This document shows positions 37,280 to 47,574 of a stretch of 64,000 bases of DNA, piece by piece (position 1 is the first letter of the stretch; each line of letters begins with the position of its first letter). The position numbers and the translations under genes were made by a program. The stretch is taken from assembly GCA_045636045.1 (NCBI GenBank), contig JAZTWT010000004.1, positions 52,257 through 116,256 on the forward strand. Direction: 5' to 3'. The DNA is from Candidatus Enterousia sp. Lineage in GTDB: Bacteria > Pseudomonadota > Alphaproteobacteria > Rs-D84. The notes below the pieces were generated by a model that made no database searches, was not told where the DNA came from, and saw only the letters and a program-made list of their open reading frames with translations.

Positions 37280-38989
37280 TTAGTCATTTTTATCAGAAAG
37301 CACTGTTGATAATGCCGAATAATTATCATCGCGCATATCGCATAACAGCTCATCAATTTGTCGGTCTGAAACACCCATGTGGTGCAAAACACCCGCCCCC
37401 AGTGAAAATGATGTTTCAATCGTTTCCGGTAATGCAGATACGGCCCCTTCACGCATCAAGATTTGGGAATCAGCCAGATTGCGTGCGCGTGCAAAAATCT
37501 GAATGCGTGGTGTGATTGATTTAATTGTCAGAATGGTTTTTCGAGCCGTCGTCGCATTATCCAGCGCCACCACAGCAACCCGTGTTGTACGTGCACGCAC
37601 ACCTAAATCATATAAAACATCACGTGATGTTGTGTCACCATATACAACATTAAATCCTGCCTCGCGTCCTATCATTACCGCGCTAACGTCTAAATCGATT
37701 GCAATGTATGGAATTTTTTTTGCATCCAACATTTGGCATACAATTTGCCCGACGCGCCCAAAGCCACAGACAACAACTTCTGGTTTGATTTGCGCTTCTG
37801 TTTCATCAGTCGCCTTGGTGCGGCGTTGCGACAATAATTTACCACGGCGTTGCAGATAATCATGCAAATGTAATAACAGTGGCGTAGTCATAATTGACAG
37901 AATTATAATTGCAGTTAATATTTCTTCGTGCCCTGATGGGACAGCGCGGATTCCACTTGTTTTCATTGTCTGCAGCATCAGCAATGCAAATTCGCCGCCC
38001 TGGGCCAGTATCAGTGCAATCATTGTCGCATCAATCGAATTTACACCGCGTACACGTGCAACCATAAAAATCGCAAAATATTTCAACGCAACTAAAACAA
38101 CCACCCCTGCCAGCAGCATATACCAATGTGCCCCCAGGAATGGTAAATTCAACCCCATCCCCAATGATACAAAGAACAGTGACAGGAACAATATTGCGTA
38201 TGGTGAAATCTCGGCTGTTATCTGATGACGATAAATTGTCTCTGACATCAGCATTCCGGCCATAAATGCCCCCAGTCCAGCTGGCAACCCCAACCAATTC
38301 ATCAGTACTGCCCAAATTACAATATTCAGCATTACTGCCAACAGGAATGCTTCCTTGGATTTTAATTTACCAATCTGGCGGAATATTGGATTCATTACAA
38401 AGCGGCCAATAATAATAACCGCTGCAATCAGTGTGATTGAAGTCACAACAACATCTATTGCGGTTGCCCCCAGGTTAAATGTTTTTCCTGCAAATACTGG
38501 CAACATTGCCAACAGCGGAATTGACAGCAGGTCTTGGAACAGCAGTATAGAGAAAGTCTGGCGTCCCATATCTGTGTTCATTTGGTTGCGTTCGGTTAAT
38601 ATCTGCATATCTGCCGATGTGCTGGACATTGCCAACATCAAAGATACCATAATGCATCCCATTATTGACCACTGTGTCACCCCAAATAATAATGGAAACA
38701 ATATTACCGCAACCATCATTACCTGGGCAGCGCCAAACCCAAAAATTGTGCGACGCATACGCCACAGACGACGGATATTTATTTCCAGACCGATATTAAA
38801 CCACAGAAACATTATTCCCAGTTCGCCCAGGAAACGCCATGTTTCAGACAGTTCAAACAAATTAAAAACATATGGACCAGATAAAATGCCAGTTAACAAA
38901 AACGCAACCAGTGCACTGACCTTGGCGGTGCGCAATAAATAAACCAAACCAAAGCATACTGCAAAAAATGCCAACAGTGATAACGACAA
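37280..38989 (-). CDS. CPA2-family monovalent cation/proton antiporter with C-terminal TrkA-N (KTN) domain (KefB/KefC-like)
   Basis: About 12 TM segments, then a Rossmann fold VVVCGFGRVGQIV. Confidence 0.8.
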   Translation of the reverse strand: MSLSLLAFFAVCFGLVYLLRTAKVSALVAFLLTGILSGPYVFNLFELSETWRFLGELGIMFLWFNIGLEINIRRLWRMRRTIFGFGAAQVMMVAVILFPLLFGVTQWSIMGCIMVSLMLAMSSTSADMQILTERNQMNTDMGRQTFSILLFQDLLSIPLLAMLPVFAGKTFNLGATAIDVVVTSITLIAAVIIIGRFVMNPIFRQIGKLKSKEAFLLAVMLNIVIWAVLMNWLGLPAGLGAFMAGMLMSETIYRHQITAEISPYAILFLSLFFVSLGMGLNLPFLGAHWYMLLAGVVVLVALKYFAIFMVARVRGVNSIDATMIALILAQGGEFALLMLQTMKTSGIRAVPSGHEEILTAIIILSIMTTPLLLHLHDYLQRRGKLLSQRRTKATDETEAQIKPEVVVCGFGRVGQIVCQMLDAKKIPYIAIDLDVSAVMIGREAGFNVVYGDTTSRDVLYDLGVRARTTRVAVVALDNATTARKTILTIKSITPRIQIFARARNLADSQILMREGAVSALPETIETSFSLGAGVLHHMGVSDRQIDELLCDMRDDNYSALSTVLSDKND

Positions 38990-39020
38990 AATTCTCTCCT
39001 ATTAATCCCCGACAAAAAAA

Positions 39021-39845
39021 TTATAACAAATTTTCTGCCAATGTTGCAAACATTTCTGGTGATAAATTTTCTGCGCGTTCTGTACCGCTCAGTCCAAATT
39101 TTTCCCAGTCAACATTTTGCATAATTCCGCGTATCATCTTGCGACGCTGTCCGAACAGTTTTGCAGTGACTTGTTCGATTTTTGACAGGTCTTTTATTTT
39201 TGAAATCTTATTTTTATTTGGAATTATCTGAACAACCGCGCTTTGCACCTTCGGGCGTGGAACAAATGCGGTATTTGGCACATCAAATAAAATTTTACTG
39301 TCCGCAATCAGTGATGTTAACACCCCCAGGCGCCCATAATGTTCATCACCGGGTTGGGCGGTGATACGCAGGGCAACCTCGCGTTGAAACATCAGGGTTA
39401 ATGATTTAATCTTTTCGCCCCTGGCAATTTTTTGCAACCATCCAATCAATAATTCTGTGCCGACATTATAGGGCAAATTTGCACATACTGCATATTCATT
39501 GAACCCCAGTTTTGAAAAATCTACCCGTAACGCATCATCAAAAATAACATTTAACCGACCATCAGCAGCATCCACGATTTGTGACAAAATAGGTTCTGTC
39601 GTTTTATCTTTTTCAATCGCGATAACGCGTGGTGCGCCGGCCATTAAAATCGCACGGGTCAGTCCGGCCGGCCCTGGTCCGACCTCTACAACAGGTGTAT
39701 GCTCAACATCAGGTACACTGCGTGCAATACGTCCCGTCAGATTTAAATCAAATAAGAAGTTTTGCCCAAACTGTTTTTTGGGTTCCAGACCGCAATCACG
39801 CATCATTTCAGATACGGGCGGCAAATTTGCAATTTTATCCGTCAC
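39021..39845 (-). CDS. rsmA: 16S rRNA (adenine1518/1519-N6)-dimethyltransferase RsmA/KsgA
   Basis: KKQFGQNFLFDLNLTGRIA and the SAM motif VVEVGPGPAGLT. Confidence 0.88.
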   Translation of the reverse strand: MTDKIANLPPVSEMMRDCGLEPKKQFGQNFLFDLNLTGRIARSVPDVEHTPVVEVGPGPAGLTRAILMAGAPRVIAIEKDKTTEPILSQIVDAADGRLNVIFDDALRVDFSKLGFNEYAVCANLPYNVGTELLIGWLQKIARGEKIKSLTLMFQREVALRITAQPGDEHYGRLGVLTSLIADSKILFDVPNTAFVPRPKVQSAVVQIIPNKNKISKIKDLSKIEQVTAKLFGQRRKMIRGIMQNVDWEKFGLSGTERAENLSPEMFATLAENLL

Positions 39846-40441
39846 AGTGATTTACGCCCCCCAAATGCCAATGTTAGTGTCCCGTCATCAATATAATCTA
39901 AATCTCCCCCCAGCGGTACACCTGATGCCAATTCAGTAAATGTCACATTTTCTGCATCGCCAATTACAGACATAACATAGTGTTGTGTTGTTTTTCCTTC
40001 GACCGTGTTTGGCAGTGCAAAAATGATTTCTGTAATATTTTCATCAGCAATGCGTGATGCTAAATTGGAAATATTTAAATCCTGGGGCAGAATACCGGCT
40101 GCACCAGACAACAGTCCACCTATTATATGATATCGTCCATGGAACACCGATGATTTTTCCAGTGTCCAAACATCGGCCAGGTCACGAACAATGCACAACT
40201 GACCATTTGCACGTGTTGTATCACGACAGAATTCACAATCACCAATCCCACGGTCTGTCAACACCCCACATTTTGGACATGGCGCAATATTTTCAACTGC
40301 ATCTACAATCGCTGATGCCAATGCATTGGCGCGCCCTGTTTTATCCTGCAGTAATGCCAACGCAATGCGTTGACCGCCACGATTGCCAACACGTGGTAAT
40401 TTCGCAAACAGTTTGATTAACTTTTCTATTTTTGGATTCAT
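39842..40441 (-). CDS. recR: Recombination protein RecR
   Basis: HhH N-terminus, C4 zinc finger CPKCG...CEFC, and Toprim domain. It overlaps the rsmA start by 4 nt. Confidence 0.88.
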   Translation of the reverse strand: MNPKIEKLIKLFAKLPRVGNRGGQRIALALLQDKTGRANALASAIVDAVENIAPCPKCGVLTDRGIGDCEFCRDTTRANGQLCIVRDLADVWTLEKSSVFHGRYHIIGGLLSGAAGILPQDLNISNLASRIADENITEIIFALPNTVEGKTTQHYVMSVIGDAENVTFTELASGVPLGGDLDYIDDGTLTLAFGGRKSL

Positions 40442-40457
40442 TATGATTTATAAAATA

Positions 40458-41654
40458 CTAATGAAAAACATAACTGTCAATACCGTTTGATGTGGCGGAT
40501 GATTTTAATTTTTGTGCATCCGCTTCTGACAGTCCATATGTGCGTACGCGATACAGGCCTGAACCTGTTGGTTCAACAACTGCATCAGCCCCCAGTTTGT
40601 TTTTTACATTTGCGACCTGGGTCTGTGCGGCTGATTCCGAAGAAAAAGCACCAAATTGAACACCTGTTCCGCCCATGGTTGATTTTGCAACTGTTGTACC
40701 CGTGTATTTTGGCATGGCATTTGTTGTTGCGGCATTATATGCACCAGCAAATGTTGTTGGTGTACCTGTATTTACAGCGGGGGTGGGTGACGGTTGTGTT
40801 TGTTGTGGGGCAGATTCTGTAATTGGTGGGACATAAGTGTTTATTACAACTGGCTGTGCGCCATTGTTCAGCATTGAAAATCCACGGTTCAGCATTTGTG
40901 CAGCAACATTTGCGCGAACATCTTTGTTTTCTGCGCCCAAAACAACCGACATTAAATGATTATCACCGCGATGCGCTGTTGCGACCAATGAATATTTTGA
41001 TTTTTTTGTGTATCCTGTTTTCATACCATCGCAACCCTTGAACGATGTTAACAGGCGGTTGCCATTTGTATATGTTTTACCGTTATATGTCCAAGACTTA
41101 ATTCCAAAAAAATGCCAATATTGTGGAAAGTGTTTATATACCGCCATAGATAATAACGCGATGTCGCGCGCCGTGGACAGATGGTCATCATTCGGCAGTC
41201 CCGATGAATTTTCAAAATTAGTATTATTCAGACCGATTTCGCGTGCAACACGTGTCATTAAATCTGCAAAAGATTCTTCTTGGCCGCCCTTCAGATTTTC
41301 TGCCAACACGCGCGCAACATCATTTGCACTGTAAACGGCTAATGCCTTAATGGCATCTTCTACTTTGATTTTTGACCCTGCCGCCAGCCCCAGTTTCACT
41401 GGTTCTGCATTTGCAGCAGATTGTGATACAATCAAATAATCATCCAACGCCAGACGACCGTGTTCCAACGCATCAAATGTTAAATATAATGTCATTATTT
41501 TGGTTAAACTGGCCGGATAATTCAGTGCGTTTGCGTTTTCCTGATACAAAACGCGTCCTGTATCCATATCCGCAACCAATGCCGCACGATATTGGGCAGC
41601 GTATAAATTTGTGCAAAACATGACCGCGAAAAAAATTGGGAACATTCTTCTCAT
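40458..41654 (-). CDS. D-alanyl-D-alanine carboxypeptidase (PBP5/6-like) with C-terminal SPOR domain
   Basis: Signal peptide. SxxK (SLTKIM), SxN and KTG motifs. C-terminal VQFGAFSSESAAQTQ...YRVRTYGLSEADAQ is SPOR-like. Confidence 0.8.
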   Translation of the reverse strand: MRRMFPIFFAVMFCTNLYAAQYRAALVADMDTGRVLYQENANALNYPASLTKIMTLYLTFDALEHGRLALDDYLIVSQSAANAEPVKLGLAAGSKIKVEDAIKALAVYSANDVARVLAENLKGGQEESFADLMTRVAREIGLNNTNFENSSGLPNDDHLSTARDIALLSMAVYKHFPQYWHFFGIKSWTYNGKTYTNGNRLLTSFKGCDGMKTGYTKKSKYSLVATAHRGDNHLMSVVLGAENKDVRANVAAQMLNRGFSMLNNGAQPVVINTYVPPITESAPQQTQPSPTPAVNTGTPTTFAGAYNAATTNAMPKYTGTTVAKSTMGGTGVQFGAFSSESAAQTQVANVKNKLGADAVVEPTGSGLYRVRTYGLSEADAQKLKSSATSNGIDSYVFH

Positions 41655-41725
41655 GCACAGTATGTTAGTAAAAAAAAGTTATCCGGGTCAACACATAAAA
41701 AAAGCCCCAGAATGGGGCTGTATAT

Positions 41726-42025
41726 TTATTCAGGCATGGGAACACCCGCGGTGGCTTCTCCCATGACTTTGTCTATTAAATCATCTGCCTTTTGTTTTGC
41801 ATCACGATACGCAGACAAAACAACCTGGGCAACAACATCTGCACCGTGCGCCAGAACAGTTGGGTGAATCTTGATGTTTAAAACATCATATTTACCGGTC
41901 ATATCAATAATGCACGATCCGTTTTCAGAAATGCCTTTGATTGTTGTTTTTCCCAATTCTTCCTGGGCTGATGCAACCTTGGACTGTAATTCTGCAGCCT
42001 GGGCCATTAATGCTTCCATATCCAT
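41726..42025 (-). CDS. ybaB: Nucleoid-associated protein YbaB/EbfC
   Basis: 99 aa. MDMEALMAQAAELQSKVASAQEEL is the family signature. Confidence 0.85.
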   Translation of the reverse strand: MDMEALMAQAAELQSKVASAQEELGKTTIKGISENGSCIIDMTGKYDVLNIKIHPTVLAHGADVVAQVVLSAYRDAKQKADDLIDKVMGEATAGVPMPE

Positions 42026-42039
42026 ATTATCTCTCCCTG

Positions 42040-42402
42040 TTATTTTTGTTTTTCGTTTATATGCAACATTTGCAAAATTTTTGATGGCACACCACGCATT
42101 TTCGCAACATGTGGCTTTAATACAAGTGACGGAATGAAAGTATTATTTGTATATTGAACCAAATCGTTCAATGATATATCAAAAGCCTGAGACACTACCA
42201 TGGGGACATAACGTAAATTTCCCGACGGCGTATCATGACGCGCCTGAACTTCAATGTATTTCAGACTATTATCTTTCTCTTGCCACAATACCAAGCAAAA
42301 ATTTTCTTCCAGATATTTTTTAAATCTTGGAACATCAGCGGCAGAACATTTTAAATGTTCTGCCCACTGTTTATCCGTCCAATTTAATTGTTCTGGTTTC
42401 AT
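42040..42402 (-). CDS. Hypothetical protein (120 aa)
   Basis: ORF between ybaB and pnp on the same strand. No domain recognised. Confidence 0.4.
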   Translation of the reverse strand: MKPEQLNWTDKQWAEHLKCSAADVPRFKKYLEENFCLVLWQEKDNSLKYIEVQARHDTPSGNLRYVPMVVSQAFDISLNDLVQYTNNTFIPSLVLKPHVAKMRGVPSKILQMLHINEKQK

Positions 42403-42414
42403 AAGGAATCAATC

Positions 42415-44586
42415 TTATTTCTTGATTTCTTCACCTGTTTTCTGGTCGATTCCAACCATTGACATACGTGTTTTACCGCGCTTGTCTGCGCCCAAGAAAC
42501 GAACATATACTGTATCGCCTTCTTTGATTTTTGTATCTTCAATTTTTGCGATACGTTCGCCGGTAATTTCAGAAATGTGAACCATTGCTTCGAACCCGTT
42601 CATGATTTTAACAAACAGTCCAAAATCTTTCATTCCAGAAACTGTACCTTTGTAAATCTGTCCAACTTCTGGTTCGGCAACAATATCTTTGATACGACGG
42701 ATTGCTTCGTCTGCATCTTCTTTATCTGTTGCCATGATTTTGACTGTACCGTCATCTTCCAGGTCAATAATTGTGTTTGTTTCACGAACCAATGCCTGAA
42801 TGACCGAGCCCCCCTTACCAATTACTTCACGAACCTTGTCTGGGTTGATTTTCATTGTATATGCCTGTGGTGCATACTCTGAAACATGGTCGCGTGGCTT
42901 TTTAATTGCCTTTTCAATTTTGCCCAATATGTGCATACGTCCATCTTTTGCCTGGGCCAATGCGCGTTCCATAATTTCAAAAGTGATAGATGTGATTTTA
43001 ATGTCCATCTGCAACGCTGTCACACCCTGGTCTGTACCTGTCACCTTAAAGTCCATATCACCCAAGTGATCTTCGTCACCCAAGATGTCTGTCAGAATTG
43101 CGTAATCATCACCTTCTTTAATCAGTCCCATTGCGATACCTGCAACTGGGCGTTTCATTGGAACGCCACCGTCCATCATTGCCAATGTTGCGCCACATGT
43201 TGTCGCCATAGAAGAAGAACCATTTGATTCTAAAATGTCTGATACGATGCGAATTACATAGTCAAATTCTGCGCGTGTTGGAACCATTGGATGAACTGCG
43301 CGCCATGCCAAATTACCGTGGCCAATTTCACGACGACCTGGGGATTTTAATCCCTTGCATTCACCAACGGAATATCCTGGGAAATTATAGTTCAAGATAA
43401 AGTCACGTTCTTCTGAACCGTCCAATGATTCGATTGGCAATGCATCTTTACCACCACCCAATGTTAATGACACCAATGCCTGTGTTTCGCCACGCGTAAA
43501 CAGTGCAGAACCATGTGCGCGTGGCATTACGCCCAATTCAATTTCAATCGGACGAACTGTCTTGTTGTCACGACCGTCAATACGCGGTTTGCCGGCCAAG
43601 ATATTGCCACGCATAATACGCGCAGTCAGGTTTTCAACAACTTCATCTGCCCATGATTCCAGCGTAGATGTTGCACGTTCTGATTCTGGGAATAATTCTG
43701 GAATGCGAGCTTTGGCCATTTTATGGATTTCAGACAATGTTTCCAGACGAACCAATTTCTCTTTGATTTGCAATGCCTCTTCAATCGCTGGTGCAAATGC
43801 TTCGAATTCTGATTCCATTGTCAACTGTTCTTGTGTTTTTTCTGGCACATCCCAGCGTTCTTTGCCTGCTGCACCCGCTAATTCGTTGATTGCACGAATA
43901 ACATCCTGCTGCGCATCGAAACCAAATTTCACAGCACCCAAAACAGTTGCTTCGTCTAATTCGCCAATTTCAGATTCAACCATCAAAACGCCATCTTTTG
44001 TTGCAGCAACAACCAAATCCATTTCAGATTCTTCTGTTGCCTTTTTTGATGGGTTCAAGATGTATTTACCATCTGCATATCCAACGCGTGCTGCGCCGAT
44101 TGGTCCCTGGAATGGAACACCACTTAATGCCAATGCAGCGCTTGATGCAATCATTGCCAAGATATCAGGCTGGTTCTTTTTATCGTATGAAAACACCTGT
44201 GCAATAATCTGAACTTTGTTCTTGAATGTTTCTGGGAATAACGGACGGATTGGACGATCAATCAAACGTGCGATTAATGTCTCTGCGGTTGAAGCCTTAC
44301 CTTCGCGTCTGTCGCGTGAACCTGGGATACGACCTGCAGATGCAAATTTTTCTTGGTAATCAACGGTCAAAGGAAAGAAGTCCTGGCCTTCGACCGCAGA
44401 TTTTTCTGCGCATACTGTTGCCAAAACCATTGTACCGCCCATTGTTGCCAAAACAGAACCATTTGCCTGCTTTGCCATACGGCCTGTTTCCAAACGCAGT
44501 GTTTCGTCGCCATATGGGATTTCAACCGCGATTGGGTTGTTTAATTTTGCTGTTTTTTCATCTTTACCAAATAAACCAAATAACAT
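42415..44586 (-). CDS. pnp: Polynucleotide phosphorylase
   Basis: 723 aa with two RNase PH domains, KH and S1 domains. The N-terminus FGKDEKTAKLNNPIAVEIPYGD is typical. Confidence 0.92.
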   Translation of the reverse strand: MLFGLFGKDEKTAKLNNPIAVEIPYGDETLRLETGRMAKQANGSVLATMGGTMVLATVCAEKSAVEGQDFFPLTVDYQEKFASAGRIPGSRDRREGKASTAETLIARLIDRPIRPLFPETFKNKVQIIAQVFSYDKKNQPDILAMIASSAALALSGVPFQGPIGAARVGYADGKYILNPSKKATEESEMDLVVAATKDGVLMVESEIGELDEATVLGAVKFGFDAQQDVIRAINELAGAAGKERWDVPEKTQEQLTMESEFEAFAPAIEEALQIKEKLVRLETLSEIHKMAKARIPELFPESERATSTLESWADEVVENLTARIMRGNILAGKPRIDGRDNKTVRPIEIELGVMPRAHGSALFTRGETQALVSLTLGGGKDALPIESLDGSEERDFILNYNFPGYSVGECKGLKSPGRREIGHGNLAWRAVHPMVPTRAEFDYVIRIVSDILESNGSSSMATTCGATLAMMDGGVPMKRPVAGIAMGLIKEGDDYAILTDILGDEDHLGDMDFKVTGTDQGVTALQMDIKITSITFEIMERALAQAKDGRMHILGKIEKAIKKPRDHVSEYAPQAYTMKINPDKVREVIGKGGSVIQALVRETNTIIDLEDDGTVKIMATDKEDADEAIRRIKDIVAEPEVGQIYKGTVSGMKDFGLFVKIMNGFEAMVHISEITGERIAKIEDTKIKEGDTVYVRFLGADKRGKTRMSMVGIDQKTGEEIKK

Positions 44587-44764
44587 TTAACTTCTCCATT
44601 TTTTTGTTATTTCTGTTCTGCGAAGAAAAATCATTCTTTTCTGCATCCTGATAAAATCCAGATGCACAAAGGAACAATTTCATCTTCGCCCCATAAATTA
44701 TATAGCATATTTACCCCTTTGCAAGGTAAAGTTGTATGAAAAAACGCCCTGTTGGGCGTTTAGT

Positions 44765-46099
44765 TTAGTCGTACGGATTTTCTGATTTTTCGTATTCAAT
44801 TACAACCGGTAAATGTTCCCAGTGCAATGCAGTTGCAATACCGCGACGTAAATATCGTGTATATGATTCTGGAATATCAGAAGCCCCACCGACATTGATT
44901 GTTATGCGCATTGGATGACGACCGGTTTGACGTGCAAACTTAATCTTCATTGGGCGTTTCAGGCGCGACAAAGGTGGTTGACGGTCTGTAACCAATTTTT
45001 CAACAATACGATTAATTAAACTGGTTGGTGCCTGGGCAGATGAAATATCCCACTGTTCATAAATGCGACGGAACATATTTTGCACGCCAGTACCTGTTTC
45101 GGCCGACACTGCCAAAATCATCGGTTTGATAATCTGGTGGAAAGAATTTGAAAACTGATGTTTTAATTTTAATAACTTTTCATCACGCAGTTCAGGTTCA
45201 ACTAAATCCCACTTATTCAGTGCAACACACAATATTTTGCCTGCATTATAAACACGTGCTGCAATCCCCAGTGCCTGATTTTCAATATTTCGTGTTGCGT
45301 CAACCATCAAAATTACAACATCTGCCTTTTCAATCGCATCTAACGATTTTAATGCGGACAATGTTTCAACATCATCTGTCACACCGGCCTTGCGACGCAA
45401 CCCGGCGGTATCCATCAAAACGATATCGCGACCATAGAATTTTGTTGGGATTTTTACTGTATCGCGTGTCACGCCCGGCATATCCATAACAATTTGACGT
45501 TTTTCACCTAACACACGGTTAACAAATGTAGATTTTCCAACGTTTGGCTGGCCCAGTATTGCAATTTTAACGCGTGTATATGCAGTTTGTTCGGGTGTGT
45601 CTTTTTCTGCATCTGCACCCACTATTTTGTCCAAGAATTCGTAAATGGAATCAAACCCACGTTTATGTTCTGCAGATACTAAGACAGGTTCCCCAAACCC
45701 CAATTTATAGAAATCGTGAGTGTTAGCCAAACGTTTTTCCGATTCGCTTTTGTTGACCAGCAACAGTATTGGCGCACGTGTTTTGCGGCGAACTAACTTT
45801 GCCCAATCAATATCTTCGCTGGTCAGACCTGTACGTCCGTCAACAACAAACAAAATTGCATCTGCATTTGACACCGCATCAATCGCCATGTTGGTAGAAT
45901 CCATCGCAATACCAGAATTCGCGCGTTCCAGGCCAGCCGTGTCGTACAGCGAATATGGACGGTCACGAAATGTGCCCGAAATTGTATCACGTGTGACCCC
46001 GGGTCTGTCGTGAACCAGTGCATCGCGTGTCCCTGTCAGGGCATTAAATAATGTGGACTTACCTGTGTTTGGACGTCCAACAATTGCTATCTTTATCAT
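44765..46099 (-). CDS. der: Ribosome biogenesis GTPase Der (EngA), tandem GTPase domains
   Basis: Two G domains (GRPNTGKSTLFN and GQPNVGKSTFVN) and a KH-like C-terminus. Confidence 0.9.
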   Translation of the reverse strand: MIKIAIVGRPNTGKSTLFNALTGTRDALVHDRPGVTRDTISGTFRDRPYSLYDTAGLERANSGIAMDSTNMAIDAVSNADAILFVVDGRTGLTSEDIDWAKLVRRKTRAPILLLVNKSESEKRLANTHDFYKLGFGEPVLVSAEHKRGFDSIYEFLDKIVGADAEKDTPEQTAYTRVKIAILGQPNVGKSTFVNRVLGEKRQIVMDMPGVTRDTVKIPTKFYGRDIVLMDTAGLRRKAGVTDDVETLSALKSLDAIEKADVVILMVDATRNIENQALGIAARVYNAGKILCVALNKWDLVEPELRDEKLLKLKHQFSNSFHQIIKPMILAVSAETGTGVQNMFRRIYEQWDISSAQAPTSLINRIVEKLVTDRQPPLSRLKRPMKIKFARQTGRHPMRITINVGGASDIPESYTRYLRRGIATALHWEHLPVVIEYEKSENPYD

Positions 46100-46167
46100 A
46101 ACTTTTTTCCATTGATTTTTTGTAATTATAAAGCAAAAATAGAAATAATCAAATCAGGGGTGCAATT

Positions 46168-46764
46168 ATGATAAAAAAAATCAAGAACGCATTTAATCAC
46201 ATTCGCAATGTTATTGTGAATCCGAAACGCTTTTTTACCAAAATTGTTGCGGACGGAAATATGGAAGAATCAATGTTAAAGGCTTTTCTGTATGGCCTGT
46301 TGGGCGGTATTTTGGTTTTGGTAATCAGATTGATTGGTGGTGCAACAATCACACTGGGGTCAATTTTTACTGCGATAATAATTGTGCCTGTGTTGGCGGT
46401 GGCATTGCTGTTCGTTATGGGTGGGTTAATGATGTTGGTATCTGAAATTACCGGTGGTGAACGCGATTGGGAAATTGCGATTAAGGGATTGGCATCCATA
46501 TTCTTTATTTATCCTGCTATACTGGTATTGAATGCGCTGGCGTTTAATTGTGTATCTATGTGGGTAATCAGTTTGTTGGTTGATATTTATATTTTGTTCC
46601 TATTTTATAACATTTCTTTGTATTGCATGCGTGGCAAGCGTGGGAATGTAATCCTGGTAATTGGTGTTTTGGCGCTGTTTTTATTGACAGTATATATGAC
46701 AGATTATCGAATTGGTTGGTTTATGCTAAAAAATACCAGTGCAACACTTGCGTGTTTATTATAA
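46168..46764 (+). CDS. Yip1-domain multipass membrane protein (putative)
   Basis: 198 aa with about 5 TM helices and a Yip1-like topology. It has its own terminator. Confidence 0.45.
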   Translation: MIKKIKNAFNHIRNVIVNPKRFFTKIVADGNMEESMLKAFLYGLLGGILVLVIRLIGGATITLGSIFTAIIIVPVLAVALLFVMGGLMMLVSEITGGERDWEIAIKGLASIFFIYPAILVLNALAFNCVSMWVISLLVDIYILFLFYNISLYCMRGKRGNVILVIGVLALFLLTVYMTDYRIGWFMLKNTSATLACLL

Positions 46765-46828
46765 AAAAATGCCCCAACAGGGCATTTTTTTATGGTATAA
46801 TATTCCAGAACAAAAAAAGTGAGAGAGT

Positions 46829-47557
46829 ATGAAGAGAAAACAAGCCGAAGAATTTATTATATCTCTGCAGGGGATAAACAAAAGTTTTCCGTTGGAATTG
46901 GGTGGCGAACAACAGGTTTTGTTTGATATAAACATTGATGTTCGTGCTGGTGAATTTGTTGCGATTATGGGGCCATCTGGCTCAGGAAAATCAACATGCA
47001 TGAATATTATTGGTGCACTGGATACACCGACATCTGGTGTTTATGAATTGTACGGTCGTGATGTGACCGGTCTGACATCTGATGAATTGGCGGTTGTCAG
47101 AAATGAACATATTGGTTTTGTATTTCAACAGTTTAATCTGCTGTCTAAGCGCAGCGTACTGGATAATGTTATGTTGCCGCTGATGTATCGTGGTCTGCCA
47201 ATGGAAGAACGCATCCGTCGCGCACGCGAAATGTTAAAACGTGTAGGGCTGGAAAAATTTGAATCATATCTGCCAACGCAATTATCAGGCGGCATGAAAC
47301 AGCGTGTGGCAATCGCGCGTGCATTGGCCGGTAATCCAAAGTTGATACTGGCTGACGAACCGACTGGTGCGTTGGACAGTAAAATGGGTAATGAAATATT
47401 ACAGTTCTTTAAGCAGTTAAATCATGACATGGGGATAACGATTGTAATGATTACCCATGAATTTGATATTGCCAAATATGCACAAAGATTAATACATATT
47501 CGTGACGGTCGAATAAATTATGATGGACCTGTTCCACGCGATGACAAAAATTTGTAA
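46829..47557 (+). CDS. ABC transporter ATP-binding protein (MacB/LolD/FtsE-like)
   Basis: Walker A GPSGSGKST, ABC signature LSGGMKQRVAIARAL, Walker B ILADEPTGALD. Confidence 0.85.
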   Translation: MKRKQAEEFIISLQGINKSFPLELGGEQQVLFDINIDVRAGEFVAIMGPSGSGKSTCMNIIGALDTPTSGVYELYGRDVTGLTSDELAVVRNEHIGFVFQQFNLLSKRSVLDNVMLPLMYRGLPMEERIRRAREMLKRVGLEKFESYLPTQLSGGMKQRVAIARALAGNPKLILADEPTGALDSKMGNEILQFFKQLNHDMGITIVMITHEFDIAKYAQRLIHIRDGRINYDGPVPRDDKNL

Positions 47558-47574
47558 TATCAGGGGGATGAAAA